In this document: one piece after another, positions 41,903 to 59,270 of the stretch
Position numbering within the stretch: the first letter of the stretch is position 1
Layout: every line of letters starts with the position of its first letter
Assembly: GCA_951406725.2 (NCBI GenBank)
Contig: OX597821.1
Coordinates: 52,328,001 to 52,392,000 of the forward strand
Origin: Octopus vulgaris
Lineage: Eukaryota
Length of the DNA stretch: 64,000 nt
Direction: 5' to 3'
Notes under the pieces: generated by a model
Databases searched by the model: none
Told to the model about the DNA's origin: nothing
Seen by the model: the letters and a program-made list of their open reading frames with translations, nothing else
Program-made: the position numbers and the translations under genes

Positions 41903-42784
41903 TACGAGGGGAGTACCCAAAAGTAACCGGAAGAACTCTCTGTGGGTCAAGCCAGATGTAGTTCAGGCTTCCACCGCTAGGAGCCACTCAGATGCGACCC
42001 TCAGGCATCAGTCTGCACACCAGCGTTGTCCATTGGGGTCATACTGCCATGTAGTGCGTCTCTGTCTTGCACTGCTTCTCCCCTGTTCGTCGATTTTTAC
42101 GATGGCTGATATAAGGAACAGCGTGCTTCCATGAAATTCTGTTTCCTGTAGGGAAAAATGGCAGCCGAAACAGTTGTAATACGTTAAACAGATTACAAGG
42201 CTGATGTCATGAAAAACACGGAACTTTATGAGTAGTTTTCACGCTTTAGAAATGGTCACTAGCCAATTGAAGACCAGCCTCATTCAGGGCGACCGTCGAT
42301 CTCCTGAATGAATGAAAGCATGAAATTTCATGAACTGATCTTGGAGGACTGCCACCGAACAATTGAGGACCATCTTGATGTGACTGGTGCTGCTGCCAAC
42401 GAATTTTGAGCGAGGAAGTTGCAGCAAAATTTGTGCCTCACTTGCTCACGGAAGATCAAAATTAGTCACGTCTGAATGCGTGTCGTGCACTGAGAGAACT
42501 GTTGGAAGTTGATGCAGACCTTTTTATGGAGGTCATCACCCGTGATGAAAGCCGGTGCTACGGAAATTGCAGATGTGGAATAGGTGAAGATAAAAACGAT
42601 GGAGGCGTTAAAAGGCATTACCTCGTAAGGGTTCCAGCATATCTTCCTACAGTGGAAAATGCGTCTGGAAAAGGGCATTACTTTAAATGGAGAATATTTT
42701 GAAGGTGATAAAAGCGTAAGCATGTAAAAGTAAGGGAATAAAATAATACTGTAAATTTCCAGTTTCTTGTGGGTACCCCACGTA
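41903..42784 (+). mobile_element. mariner internal-deletion derivative
   Basis: TIRs ta-cgaggggagtacccaaaagtaaccggaa / ttccagtttcttgtgggtaccccacg-ta; transposase relics QRASMKFCF and VITRDE. Confidence 0.85.
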
Positions 42785-42793
42785 TAAGTATAA

Positions 42794-42876
<83 letters not shown>

Positions 42877-42904
42877 TTTGATTTTGTTGATCGCACAGCA
42901 TAGT

Positions 42905-43595
42905 ACATCACTACACAGCATAGCAGGGTCATTTGGGCACCGCCTATGAGAAAAACAGCACCATGGCGTAATTCACTCGGCCAGAAATTTGGATATGCTG
43001 TAATGCTTTTTATTCGCACTGGAAGTTCCAATATGAACATGTACCAATAATGATAAAAATCAAACATCCAATTAACATTATGGTGTTTGGAGTGATCACT
43101 AGTGATGGCAACGTTATGGCTCCATTCATCTTCCCACACGGCCTCACACTCAACATGGAGGCCTATATCAGGTGCCTGGAGGAGGTAGTGCTGCCCTGGG
43201 TCAAGAGAGTGGCTGCTGGAGCACCCTATGTCAGACAACAGGTATCTGCACCACACCACACAGGAGAATGCAGTCATGGTTGTCAGATAATTTCTGCGAC
43301 AACATCACCCCTACCATCTGGGCACCTAAATCTCCAGACTTCTCCCTCTTGATTATTATCTGTAGGTCGCAGCTGAATGAGAGACCAGCAAAATTCCTTG
43401 TAATACCAAAGATGATCTAAAGGCAAAGATTATGGCAGCATTCACCAACTTAAACAAGGAAACCGCCCAGAAGAGTTGCAGGAGATTCCGAAGTCGTCTG
43501 GAGGCCGCGGTTGAAGCCATTGGTGATTGTATTGAATAAATTTACTCTTTAGAATTTCAATATATTTTTATGTAATTGCGGTAAATATATCTGTT
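42905..43595 (+). mobile_element. Tc1/mariner superfamily transposase fragment
   Basis: MVFGVITSDG...YIRCLEEVVLPW...QQVSAPHH and WAPKSPDF. Confidence 0.85.
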
Positions 43596-43678
43596 AATAT
43601 GAGATAGTGTTACTTTCACTTTTTGTGTAATTTAGACAACAGTTTATCCACTTCACCCTGTATACATACATACATACA

Positions 43679-45640
<1,962 letters not shown>

Positions 45641-47226
45641 ATTTTTCTTGCAATAAGTTTAATACATCTTTTATTATATATGCCAAGAAAATTAATTCGT
45701 TATTTCTTGGTATTCTGCAAACCTTAACCGCAGTCAAATTCCGAGCTCAGTTGAAAACCAGTCTCAATTTGCCAACTCAACAGGTAGACATTTGTTAAAG
45801 CTTTATGAACCTCAACGAAAAGAAACAGTAATTTTACCAATTACTTTTATTTTCAAGGCTTCTTATGCTTATAAATATGTAGGACGTTATACTCTTCCAA
45901 TGTTTAATTCTAATTAAATTATTTCTATATAACGTCTGATTAGACTTCAAGAACAAATCTAAATATGTTGATTTAATAGCTGCTGTGCCATTAGTTACGT
46001 CAACTGACATCTATTGCCATAATGTAATCCTGGAATAATCAGAAATTGTCGCTTATGGTTCTTAAATTGTTTATGAATTTCGATAAAGACTTAATGAAGT
46101 AAATTTACATACACACATGTGTGTACAACGAACTCTATCATGTTGTCTTTTATACAGTATACATAAGACGAACAGTATCTCGTTTCTGATGAGAGCATAT
46201 TATATATATCGTAGAAGACGAGAAGAGATAATTAGGAGAAATTAACTAATATCTCCAACAGATTTCTATTTTTTGTTTTGGTGAATGACACTTTGATCGT
46301 TGCTTCTAGACATGGGCCGTATATATTCATGTTTCAGGCTCTTAAACTTTACCAACGTATAATTTTAAAAACCGAACCTCATGTGGCTGCTTTCGTTTTC
46401 CAAGTGGAACTCTCAATCAAATGAAAACTTTCACAATTTAGATTATTTTCCTTATTTCAGTTTATATTATATCAGTTTAATATCAGTAAAATCACAAATG
46501 AACATAAACATAAAAAGTAAAGCTGATGGAACCTCTACGCCTATATATACTCATACATACACAATATGATGATCTACCTGCAATTATCAAAATAATTTAA
46601 TATCGGTGCGGATTTCTGGTCATCTTAACAGAAATCGCATATTCATCGCATTGACGTCATTTTCATAACTTTAAAGACACATGTGCTCTGATCTTAGTAT
46701 GGTTGTAGACAATATGCACACACTTGGATGCGTATAATCGTTAGAATATTATGAATTTAAATACTGCAGGGATAACTACATTTCTCATAATTTTCCTGTT
46801 CATAAAATAGGATATCAATATAATACGTTGGCTAGTAGTATCGTTTAATACCTTCTATACAAAATTGCTAACTTTGCACATCAATCAAAAACAATTATTT
46901 TCATGCAAAATTAGGGGGGATATTGTCCCAAAGAATCTGCAAGTCGATAATATGTGTCTCTCCAATATCATTCCCTTTCTTAGGTAGCTCTTTGGGTGTT
47001 GTGCCGAGTGAGCCCATTAACATGAGAACAATTTTCAAACTGGACCTTCAACTATATTTGTAACCTGACTAGCTCCTCATCCATTTTAATTGTCTCAATT
47101 TACTTAATATGAACTTTTCCATCCTATTATATTTGAGTCTATGAAGGTAGACGTTGTTTCCACAGTGTGGCCGCTGGCTAAAGACTAAAGTAAGTAAAGG
47201 TAAAAAGTAAACGATGCGAACAGACT

Positions 47227-47283
<57 letters not shown>

Positions 47284-47999
47284 CTGTGTGTGTCTGTGTG
47301 TTTGGGTGGGGGGTATAATAAATAATGTATAGAAAATATTTTTACACACACACACACATATTCATATATACATAACTGTCACCACTAATATATGAACCTG
47401 AAGATTTCATAGTTTAGTGCATGAAAGTACTAGTATTCTATCATTTTATTGTATTATCTTATCTTATATTATTATAAGTCGGTAGATAAAACGTGAAAAT
47501 CAAAGTTGGAATTCCTTTGAGTAATATATCCTTCTATACACAATCATACACACTCGTGTATATATATATATGAATGTATATATACATATATGCACATGTA
47601 TATAAATATATACATATACACACACGCATATATGTATATATATATATATACATATATATATATGTGCGCGCGCACACACACATACACATATATATATACA
47701 CATGCATTTATGGATATAGGACATCACAAACAGTAAGCAACATGAAACACGAAAACAAATGAGTTCAATTTACAACAACGAGAGAAACAAATAGAAAACA
47801 GGACCAGTAACATAAAGATGGACCCTTCATCAGTTGTCGGCTGTCTATCAACTCCTCATTTCGAGTTTTGAAAGACAATGTGAGTCTTCGAAGGCAGTTG
47901 TTTCCATAAGTGCCAAAATATAATTTGGGAGTTATGGATGGTCAAAGTCGGGAACAAAAACAGGACAGTGGAGACATACAAGGAAACCAAACTGGGCTC

Positions 48000-48155
48000 G
48001 CTTTAGGCAAGAAGTTGAAACGTGTTTTAGCCCATGACACTGCATGGGCCGTAAGTAAGGCATGTGTAAAATTTGAATGAAATCGTATAGGTAGTTCTCG
48101 AGTTTTAGGGATTCAGACAGACAAACAGACATTCTCATCTTTATATATATAGATA
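48000..48155 (+). mobile_element. Helitron-like element end
   Basis: aatttgaatgaaatcg...gttctcgagtt...cagacagacaaacagacattctcatctttatatatatagat. Confidence 0.5.
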
Positions 48156-48156
48156 T

Positions 48157-48998
48157 ATAGTGGCCGAAATGTCACTGGGGGGTTGCAGTCTTTGATAATT
48201 CTTTTATTTTTTATATCTTTTTTCTTTTCAGAGGTTTTATGGACTACGCCCTGGAAATTAATTCTGGAAAAATATGGCATTAAAGTGGTGAAGTTGTTCT
48301 ACCAAAAGCATCAGGGGTCAATTATTCAAACCCAGAGACCACCAAAGAGAATTGCACGCCATAAAGTGTTCAATATGCTGTGCAATTACGGTGGGTGATA
48401 TAATAGGGACTTATTTCTTTGTGGACGATGATGACAATACTGTCACTGTGATTGGTGAGCGATACAAGTCCATTAACGAGGACTTTTTGCGCCCAGCCAT
48501 TCAAAACAGGCTCGATATGTGGTTGTAGCAAGGTGAGGCAACTCCTCATACTGCAAGAGACACAATACAATTGCTGAGGTAATATTTCGGACAAAGACTC
48601 ATCTCTCGCTATTGCGATGTCACCTGACCACCGACTACCCCAGATCTGACCAGCTCTGACTTGTGGGGATACTTCAAGAAAAAGGTTTATGTCAACAAAC
48701 CAGAAACCCTGGAGCAGCTGAAGAAGAATATTACTAGAGAAATCATGGAATTGTGTCCTGAAATCCTTAAAGCGGACATGGAGCATATTTTGGAAAGTGC
48801 ACGGATGTGTGAAGCTGAAAATGGATGCCATTTAAAAGATGTCCTTTTTCGTACATAATACAGAGGTATGATAAAAAAGGTCTAATGCAAATTAATTTCC
48901 ATTAACTGCCCTATATTGAATTAGAATTTCATATTTCTAAAAATAAGGGACTTATTAAAAATTAAAACCATTAAGTGACGTTTTGGGGACACCCTGTA
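48157..48998 (+). mobile_element. Tc1/mariner superfamily element, decayed
   Basis: Right TIR gtgacgttttggggacaccctgta; PPRLPQI/SPDL-like region and DLWGYFKKKVYVNKPETLEQLK. Confidence 0.8.
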
Positions 48999-49312
48999 AC
49001 TATATATTGCGTGTGTGTGTGTGTGTGTGTGTTTCAGAGTTGCGTGTGTCCATCATCACCACTTGACAACTGATGTTGCCGTGTTCAGTCTCCATAACTT
49101 GGTAGCGCGGCAATAGAATAGGTTTAGAATAAGTATCGGCTTTAAAAACAAGAAGTACTGTGGCAAATTCGTTCGTCTAAAATTCTTCAACGATGTGCCC
49201 GCCGTAGCTGTAGTATAATGGGTCAACCGAGTCAAAGGTAGAAGATAAAAGAGAAATAAATGAAAAATGTACTAAGAATATAGGCAGATTTATCTAAAGT
49301 TTTCATATATAT

Positions 49313-49350
<38 letters not shown>

Positions 49351-49419
49351 GATAAACTCTCCTGTCGGTTTCGACGTATGAGAATCCAACAACCTACTCT
49401 TTCTTTGTCATAATGCTTA

Positions 49420-49830
49420 TGTCGTATGTGACATTTGAGTCCCGCCAACGATTTCAAAAAAAAAAAACCCCAAAAAACCGCAGATTCTGCAAGTATGATG
49501 AGTATAGGTCAGTGCAGGTGGTATATTTGCAGTCTCTTTTTCACATTGCCTTGCATCCCGAAGCCTGATAATGCTACTTGTAACAAAGGTTTGACCCAAC
49601 AATTTCCATTTTGTTTGCTCCATTGCCACTCTTCAGTTTGTCCTTATATCTCAGCCATGGTCGACCAACATTCCTTTGCCCACTATTAAGCTGGCTGTGC
49701 ATAAGGATTTCGGGTATTCTTTCGTCACTTATTCTGATAAAATGGCCAGCCCAGCGCAATTGTGATTGCATAAGGAAGCTCTCGATTCCATCAGTCTTAC
49801 TATATATTGTATTTTGTCTGACACTTTAAT
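49420..49830 (-). mobile_element. RTE-BovB-type LINE 3' fragment
   Basis: QLRWAGHFIRISDERIPEILMHSQLNSGQRNVGRPWLRYKDKLK and terminal HTCRICG. Confidence 0.85.
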
Positions 49831-50066
49831 TTTGTCTATATATTGCTGAAAATGACAATTTTGGGTATGCGTTTTCACACTGAATGAAATGATGGTACGA
49901 CCTAATGAAGGACATCGTTAAACGATTACCCGAGGAGGATCATTTTACACTTTGAATACATGATAATGATTACACATCAGGATACCAATGTGTCATGGAT
50001 GTATAACTGTAACGAAACAATTGTAGTGATTTTTAATAAACAATGTCATTAATTCTATTTTCTATA

Positions 50067-50118
<52 letters not shown>

Positions 50119-50889
50119 AAACATACATACATCCATACGTACACACACCCATACACAAACACCCACACACATGCTCATACACACACATGTATGTATTCAA
50201 ATACTTAAATAAATCTTCGTATATTTTGTGTAAATTTTCAAATATACTTTACTGTTGTGTGGTTTAATAACGATTTTTCTACATACGTAGTTTTAAATAG
50301 ATAACATACCACCACGTATGTATACATACAAACATAACTACATCCATTCACCCATCCAGTCATGCATGCATATATAAGTTATACCTGCCACAGAGGAAAA
50401 AAATCATGCGGCTAATATGTATGAAAAATTGATAAAATTTATTAAGGAAAAACATTGATAGTATATTGTAGATATTTATATAAGGCTGGTTTTATTACTT
50501 TCGTCTGCTTCCAAATTCTTTCACGGATATTTCCAGGTACTTTCGAGTAAATGATAATACTCAAGAACATGTTCCATTCTGCGCTTGCAATATGGAATTA
50601 TGGGTGTATTTAATAAACACCTAGTGTGTATAGTCTATAATGTTTATAAAATATACTTGTTGTGTGTAAGGACAAAAAGCCGTACATGTATAATAACTTG
50701 GTGGATATCTCATATGCACGCATACTGATACATATAGCCATATATTAACTTTTATAGTTAGATTTATAATGGAACTTCGGTGGATTTTGTTTTCCTACGT
50801 TCTCTGAAAGTGGAATATAATTTGGATGAAAATTGTAAGATACAATATATAAAATATAATATATATATATATATATAAATAAAAGATAC

Positions 50890-50947
<58 letters not shown>

Positions 50948-51452
50948 AAATTTAATATTTTTAACATATTCTTTAGAGAAAACAATATAAAAATAATCTC
51001 TTTCTGTAGTATTCATTACTATAAACTGAATGGCGTATGGTTACCATGCAATTATCCAGATGATGTAGAGATCTCAGATGAGACATCAACAAGGGGCAAA
51101 ATTCGATTAAATCTGCTCATCTACGGAGGAGCAGGTAAATTTGCAACCTTTTCATGCAAGATATCTTCGCATTAATACACGCGAAACCATGCGCTCGAGC
51201 ACGCACATATAATTATAACATAACATATTGTTATATTATTTTTTATGCATATTTTAATATGTTACGCACACATGCATTTGTAAAACACCCAATGGATAGA
51301 TAATTCATGAGTCATACATGTATGTATGTATGTGTATATGTATGTAAATATATATCATATTATGTCCATACACAAATAAGCATTTATTCGCAATCAGAAA
51401 GCCATGATGTGATATTTGTACGTGTCAATAACATGCTGTAATTAGCTATATA

Positions 51453-51504
<52 letters not shown>

Positions 51505-51874
51505 TATACATATAGTTATATTATTCTCATGCAAGCAAGATAGATATTAATATGAGGCCTGAATATCCCCTGAAGTTATCAGTTAGTTAAACACCAAATC
51601 GGATTTATTTACGTCATGTTATATGATATTTGATATATATTTCGTATTGGTAAATGAAGCATGGAAATGAAATGTGTGTAGCGAGGCTTACTCTAACCAT
51701 TAGATTTTGTTTATTGAATTTTTTGCCGCATAATATGTGACATTTGTAAGTCTGAGACATATACTGATTCTCAGGATACCCAGCATCAGTAAACATCTTA
51801 ATTCTGTATGGACTAGTATACTGAGCAACTGACCAGTTGAATCGACAGTATTTCTTTCAGAAGAGCATACATAC

Positions 51875-52282
51875 TCTTTTTTCTCTTTTACTTGTTTCAG
51901 TCATTTGACTGCGGTCATGCTGGAGCACCGCCTTTAATCGAGCAACTCGACCCCAGGACTTATTCTTTTGTAAGCCCAGTACTTATTCTATCGGTCTCTT
52001 TTTGCCGAACCGCTAAGTAACGGGGACATAAACACACCAGCATCGGTTGTCAAGCAATGCTAGGGGGACAAACACAGACACACAAACACACACATGCATA
52101 TACATATATACATATATACGACGGGCTTCTTTCAGTTTCCGTCTACCAAATCCACTCACAAGGCATTGGTCGGCCCGAGGCTATAGTAGAAGACACTTGC
52201 CCGAGGTTCCACGCAGTGGGACTGAACCCGGAACCATGTGGTTGGTTAACAAGCTACTTACCACACAGCCACTCCTGCGCCT
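51875..52282 (-). mobile_element. SINE family B, full-length young copy
   Basis: Close reverse complement of 9244-9633. Confidence 0.92.
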
Positions 52283-53203
52283 ATACATGCTAGTGTATTA
52301 TATAGATATTAAATTTAAATTAATATATATGTATACATATGTTTATATATTTGATTGCAATATTCTTGATATGAAATGGTGTATTGAAAAAAAAAATTTT
52401 ATACTTAGAGATAATGACAATTTACCAATTAAACACACACACACCCATACACATACACACACACACACGTTTTATTCTTATTTTAGTGTACTTTTTTCTG
52501 AAATCTTTCGTCACACATCCTGTCACTTCTTTAGCGACTCTCCAGCCTACATGCCACCTCCTGTTATGTTTAGACCATGTTAAACTTGCAGAATGTGCTA
52601 AGCGGCAGGATTGAGCTTGGAACCACGTGGTTGAGAAGCCAACTACTTAGTACACAGCTATACCTGTTGAAGTATTTGGAAGACAGACATAATCCCATAT
52701 AGGTTATCTGATACTAGATTTTCTGTCTTTCTTAATTACATCTACGACGAGAGCTTACACTGGGTGGTAGTATTGTTATTATATAACTATTAGAAACAGT
52801 GGCTCCTTAATGTCTATATTAATTTAACAGTTAAAGAAGAGAGTGAAGAAAAGTGTTTAAGACAATCTGAGTGCGATCCAACATGCAGCAGAGGACTGAA
52901 GTTAATAATATCGCCATTGTGAAATATTTGAAGAAACAAGTTAACAATAAATATATAGAATTATTTCATAATAAGACATTAAAAAAAGGATTCAAGTACA
53001 TGGCGTTAGGTGTGAAAATTTTAACCTTGCGAGCGGAAGGTAAGATCAAATTCGATTTTGGAAATATAAAAATCCGCAATGCTTTATTGGGTGAACTTGC
53101 ACGCTTGTATATTCTCGGTATACATGCATACATGCATACAAACATACATAAACACATACACACACACACACTTACACACACACACACACACACGCACACA
53201 CAC

Positions 53204-53253
<50 letters not shown>

Positions 53254-55067
53254 TAATTCACATATCATTCACACATACACGTGTATATTGATGCACATAT
53301 TTCGAACATACATTATTAGTTATTCATTGTTAATTATTATTTTCTCGCACCAGTCTCTCTCCACTTATATATCTCCCTCTCTGTAAATACACACATGCAT
53401 ATATATACGCACTCACACGCACATATATATGTATATAAATGCATACATATGCAAAAATAGCTAATATTTATTTAGCCACCATGCGAGAAAGGAATCGTGC
53501 TGTATTATATAATTATATGTGCACCATTACTGTTTTCCGGTCGTCAAACAGTTTCTGACGAATGACACCGTCCGTTGAACTGAGTGGAACCTGCAGGAAA
53601 TGGAATCTTTTGATTTGGTTTGTTCCCGGAGATAGAGAATCTCTGAAGCTGATTTCTATCAAAATACACCTGGACATGCAGCCTGTAATGTTAGCCGAAC
53701 GATGCAGATAATATTGCGGAACACAGTCTTATAATCCAGATAATTTTGAACTGATAGGATATCGCATTTATCTTTATTCACAGCAATTTGATCTCAGCAT
53801 GTAAATATATAATTACTTATATCAAAAATATTCCATACTGTACCTCACTTTCTCTATAAAAGTAAATAGTTTTTGTGATGATCATCGCTAATTTTAGCCC
53901 TAGGTCTGCCTGATCAAACAGATATGTGATCAGATGTGTTCTAGCTCTGACCATCATGCATATTTTGTTAAGTGATGTGCATCTAGTATGTCACTGTCGC
54001 TGTTAATACGGTAGGGTGCAAGGGTGTAAATATGGCTGCCATTTCTAGGTCGAGTAACTGCAAAAATTCTCCATTAAAGTGAGAAAGTACAACACCCATG
54101 TTCAATCGAAGTATTACAACAATCAAATTTGTTCTCAGTCTATTGCCGAGAATTATACTTGTATATCTGTATAAAAAACGTAAATCAGACTGAGCAGATC
54201 CGCTCAGTTTGGTTTATGAATTATATAGCAGGAAATATTGCTCACACAAGGATCAGTTTGTGTGATATTCCATTCATTCAGCCATTCCATGCATTACACA
54301 ACATTTTCTCTCTATCTGCTCCTTTTTAAGACAGTCCACAACGTTACAAAACATATTTTATTCTAATTTGGATATCAATCTTTTGCAATTATTTAGCCTG
54401 CGAAAAATATGCTTCTTTCATCTAATATTTACAACTTTGCAGAGCAAATTCCTTTGAAAAGATTTTCTTGAAGTAAAAACGTCTTCAAATGAATATTATT
54501 TGATTTTAGTGAATATTTATATTTTATATATATCATGAATTGCAGTAAGTTAATATTTAACATTCACGTAGAGCTAAATGAGTTGGTTGACAAATGACTA
54601 ATCTATTCTGCTTATGAATAAACCTCCTTTAGGATATATACCACATATTTACGATGTCGGCTATAATTAATGTAACTAATGTATATATGTGGCAGTTATT
54701 TGATAATATAACTAAAGATAATTCTGTACAAGATATAAAACTTGTTATTCCAGTACACAGGGTGATCTCATTTCATTATTTTGTAATTTCGTGGTCACTG
54801 GAAAGAGAAAGCTATGTCTGATCATTAGTTATAACTTCTCATGAAGTAATGATATTGTGTCAGTGTTCGCTTGAATGTAGAACACCATTATATATTGCAG
54901 ATAATTTAGGTGATATGTGTAGTGATCATTAACAGCTTCTGCTCTTTTGAAATTGAGAGAATCGTGTTCTTGATCTCATTGTTGTACTGCTAATTCTCAC
55001 ACTTGTTATGTTAAGTTACGTCTAATGTAAACAACAGAAATAATACAAACGAGCATACATACATACA

Positions 55068-55105
<38 letters not shown>

Positions 55106-55199
55106 GTAAGTGAGAGAGAGAGAGAGGGAGAGAGAGAAAGAAAGAGAGAGAGAAAGAAAGGGGGAGAGAGAAATATTCACTTTTACATCGATGAGTGCC

Positions 55200-56290
55200 A
55201 GACTTGTAGGTGCTAGCACTGTAATGCTAGAAAAGTACAATCGAAAGATTACAATCGCTGAAAATCTTCAAATTCCTCTTGCCACTGTTAATACAGTTAT
55301 AGTGTGATTCAAAAGCCAAGGAAAACCATAAACAGATTCTCGTCCCGGACGACCTGGGCCCTCGGAAAGGAAGCTTCACTGTTTGAAGAGAAGTGTGGAA
55401 AACGAACCCCGTTCGAAGGCTTCTGACATTGTAAAACAGCTAGAAGTTATTCCAAGAACGTGTATTACATATCTACATAAGATTGGGTATTATGGACGAG
55501 TAGCTAGAAGAAAACCTCTGATTTAACCAATTAATATCATGAAAAGAAAGAAATGGGCTAAGGAGATGTCATAAAAATCCAGTTCATTTCAGGATAGAGT
55601 GATTTCCTCAGATAAATCCAGATTTGCATTACTATCAGATAGTGGACGTGTTCGGGTCTAGAGGCTTTCCAATCAAGAATTTGATTTGAAACGACTCCAA
55701 GCAACTCCAACTGTGAAACATGGCGGTATCTCTGTAGTGGTATGGGGAGCTGTCACCAGCAATGGTCGTTCTGAGCTGATCGAATGTGTTGGAACCATAA
55801 ACTCAGAAAAATACATCGGAATTCTTAAGCAAGGACTACTTCCGATATATTCACACGATAACATAACGAAAATGAGTTTTTTTATTCATGGAAGATGGGG
55901 CTTTATGTCTCACAGCGAAAAGGAATCAACAATAGTTCACTGAAAATGGGATCAAAAAGCTTCCTTGACCGAGCCAATCCCCTGACATAAATCCAATTGA
56001 AAATCTTTGGAGCATACTAGATAGAGCTATACGAAAATCTCGACAGAAACCTAAATCTAAAGATGAATAGTTTCGATTGTTGCGTTAAAATTGGGCAGAA
56101 ATACCACAAGAGACAATCACAAAGCTCATCAGTTCAATGCCAAAAAGTGTTTCTGAATTAAAACTGCAAAGGGAATGTCATCTAAAAACTAAAGTATGTA
56201 TTCCGACCTATCGATTACATCTCAATTGTTCGCTTTGCGTATTAAATAAGAGATTTTGAAAATTAAAGGTGTCTATTTACTTCCTGCGTG
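55200..56290 (+). mobile_element. Tc1 (DD34E-type) transposase pseudogene
   Basis: [38 protein letters not shown], with stops and frameshifts. Confidence 0.9.
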
Positions 56291-56442
56291 TCTGTGTATG
56301 TATATATAATTAATTTAGGCAGCAGTTTGCAATTTTTCACCAAATAGGAAAACTATAATTATCATTAAATTTGATAGGATGTTAGAAACACCTACATTGC
56401 TAGAAATAAGAGCTAAAATGGTCTATGCATACATAGTACATA

Positions 56443-56500
<58 letters not shown>

Positions 56501-56683
56501 CTTGAAGTGGTGTATAGTAAGAAAAAGGAGGCAGTCAGAATTTTGGTAAATTCTTTGTCTGGGTTTTATTTTTTTGACGAGTTTGATTAAAAGAACGGAA
56601 GCGCTAATAAATATTATCCAAATCTCTGACTGCCTCCTTTTTCTCTGTCTGTCTGTCTGTATGTCTGTCTGTCTGTCTGTCTG

Positions 56684-56714
<31 letters not shown>

Positions 56715-58628
56715 ACCAGACATATGAACACACACACACACACACATACATTCATAAGAACACTGACACATAGATATCCATATATCGAGTTATCTGCCTC
56801 CTTAAGCATACACTATTTTTACACTGCAACTTAAGAAGACGCACATATCCCATTATTATACACATACACATAGAGACACATAGTTTAACATAGTGTTGGG
56901 TCAAAATTTATTGCTGCTTATATTATTTTAAACTTTGATTCTTAGTTTCTAACACATTTTTATGCCTATGTAATTGGCCATTTTGAAGCTCCAGTGTCGA
57001 TTTAATGATTTATGCGAGTGATTTTGCTCACATAATTTCCACATTTTTTCGCCTTATTTCAACCTATTAAATTAAACATAGAAACACGAGAGATTTCATT
57101 GCATAAGTTTAAAGAGGAATGCGAAATAGTAGTTCTGGTAGCAATATTAATCAAATATTTGGTCAGTAAAGTAGATCTCAAAATTGTTTACAAATATTGT
57201 ATTGCAACGTCGACGGCTATGAAGCTGAGAAATATCTAGGGTAGCCAGCCTACTTGGATTTAGGGAGACGAGCTGGAAGTTATTATTTAGGTGAGACGAC
57301 ACAAAACTACTCGAGATATATATATCGATTTGTTTCAGTCTGGTCTGCACAATATTGCAATGACACAAATGCTCGACAAATCGATGCCGCAGGAGATGCT
57401 GTTACAATCCTTCTCTTCGGTTCCGTTATCTAAAAAGGTGATACATTTGATGAACTCATAGCAAATTGCAATATAAAATGTATTTTATACAACAACTATT
57501 CGTTTCCGTGCTGTTACTGAGGACACTCAACAGGTTATTTGTATTAGTATTAATATATATTCACGGGAATATTTGTATGTTGGGGTATAAATATAAGAAT
57601 CTTCATGATACTGTTTGCTTATGTTAATAGTTTTAATTACAACATTATTCGACACTCAATGTTGCTTAAACGTTGGAACAACCTAACAGTGTAACAAGGA
57701 AAAATAAATATTAATGAATTTATGTTTCTTATATGTAAATAAATGCTCAAGAAAATATATTATTTAGCGGTATTGTTAAATACATTGTATTTTTGATTTT
57801 TTCCAAAAAAAAAAGACAAAAACCCCCAAAAGAACGAAAACAGCAACAACAAAAAAACAGTTTTATTTTGAAATTATCCAGCTTGCTTCGAAATAATTTG
57901 AATGTAATAATTTTGTATGAAATTAAGGTGAAGCGATCAATATAATAACCTGCTGGGAGATTGTAGTTGTAATTATACTTTTTTGATGTTTTAAATACAG
58001 GAAATCTAAGCTTAGCGTTGAGATTACATTGACGCCATTTGGTTGGCTTCAATTTTTTTAATAGTTCAACTTTTTCTAACATCACTTTCTATTTCGGTAT
58101 TTTGTAACATGAAAACATTAAAAACGTCAAAATGAAATGATAGCGTATGCAGTCAATCCTTTCTAAACTACTCTATATCAATGTATGGTGGGAGCGGTTG
58201 GACGCTTGTTAAAAATCAGCATGAAACATATTGCTGTATGAATCAATAATTTTATTGATATCCAATTCATGAAAATTTTAACTAAACTAAGATTGTAAAT
58301 GTAAATCTATATACATATACAGAATCAAAATGCTGGTACCAAAAGGTAAACTTGACGTACGTTTTGGCAGATATCTTCATACCCGCTAGATCCGATTCTT
58401 CTCATCTTAAAAGACTGAATAATTCATATAACTAAGTTATAGATTTACCACTATATTTTTGTATGAAATCCCTTCATTCAGTAGTTCATTACAATATAAG
58501 AGAGAAATAATGTTTTTTCCTTCTCTATAACTTTCACTTTTCCCTCTTTCTGACGAAGAGCCACGATCCAAAAGTTACACACCCGCTATTTTTACTACAT
58601 TATAAAAAGCGTCAAGTTAATACATTCT

Positions 58629-58629
<1 letters not shown>

Positions 58630-58689
<60 letters not shown>

Positions 58690-58899
58690 TATGTACATAT
58701 ACATTCATATAAACATATACATATATATATATACATATATATGTACATATGCATTCATATAAATATATACATATATATAAATACACATATATATGCACAT
58801 ATATATATGCATTTATATACATATATATATTCACATATATATATGCATATATATACATATATGTATATATATTCATATATGTATATATATTCATATATG

Positions 58900-58940
<41 letters not shown>

Positions 58941-58950
58941 TCATATATGC

Positions 58951-58997
<47 letters not shown>

Positions 58998-59198
58998 ATA
59001 TGTGTGTGTATATATACATATATGTATATATATACATATGTATTTACAAATATATATGTATATATATATACATATATGTATTTATACATATATATATATA
59101 TGTATATACCTACATATATATATATGTATATATATACATATGTATATATACATATATATATGTATATATATACATATGTATATATACATATATATATG

Positions 59199-59270
<72 letters not shown>
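58630..59270. repeat. Long degenerate (TA)n microsatellite
   Basis: Direct reading. Confidence 0.95.

Noticed and set aside
47800-47880. CTGATGA on the minus strand as a hammerhead (also 14303, 23968, 46185, 53555 on +)
   Set aside because: No correctly placed GAAA-stem III-UH with a closing stem I
52047-52583. Recurrent ORF 'RRASFSFRLPNPLTR...' / 'DGLLSVSVYQIHSQG' (also 9176-9592, 30204-30398)
   Set aside because: Antisense reading of SINE family B, not a gene family
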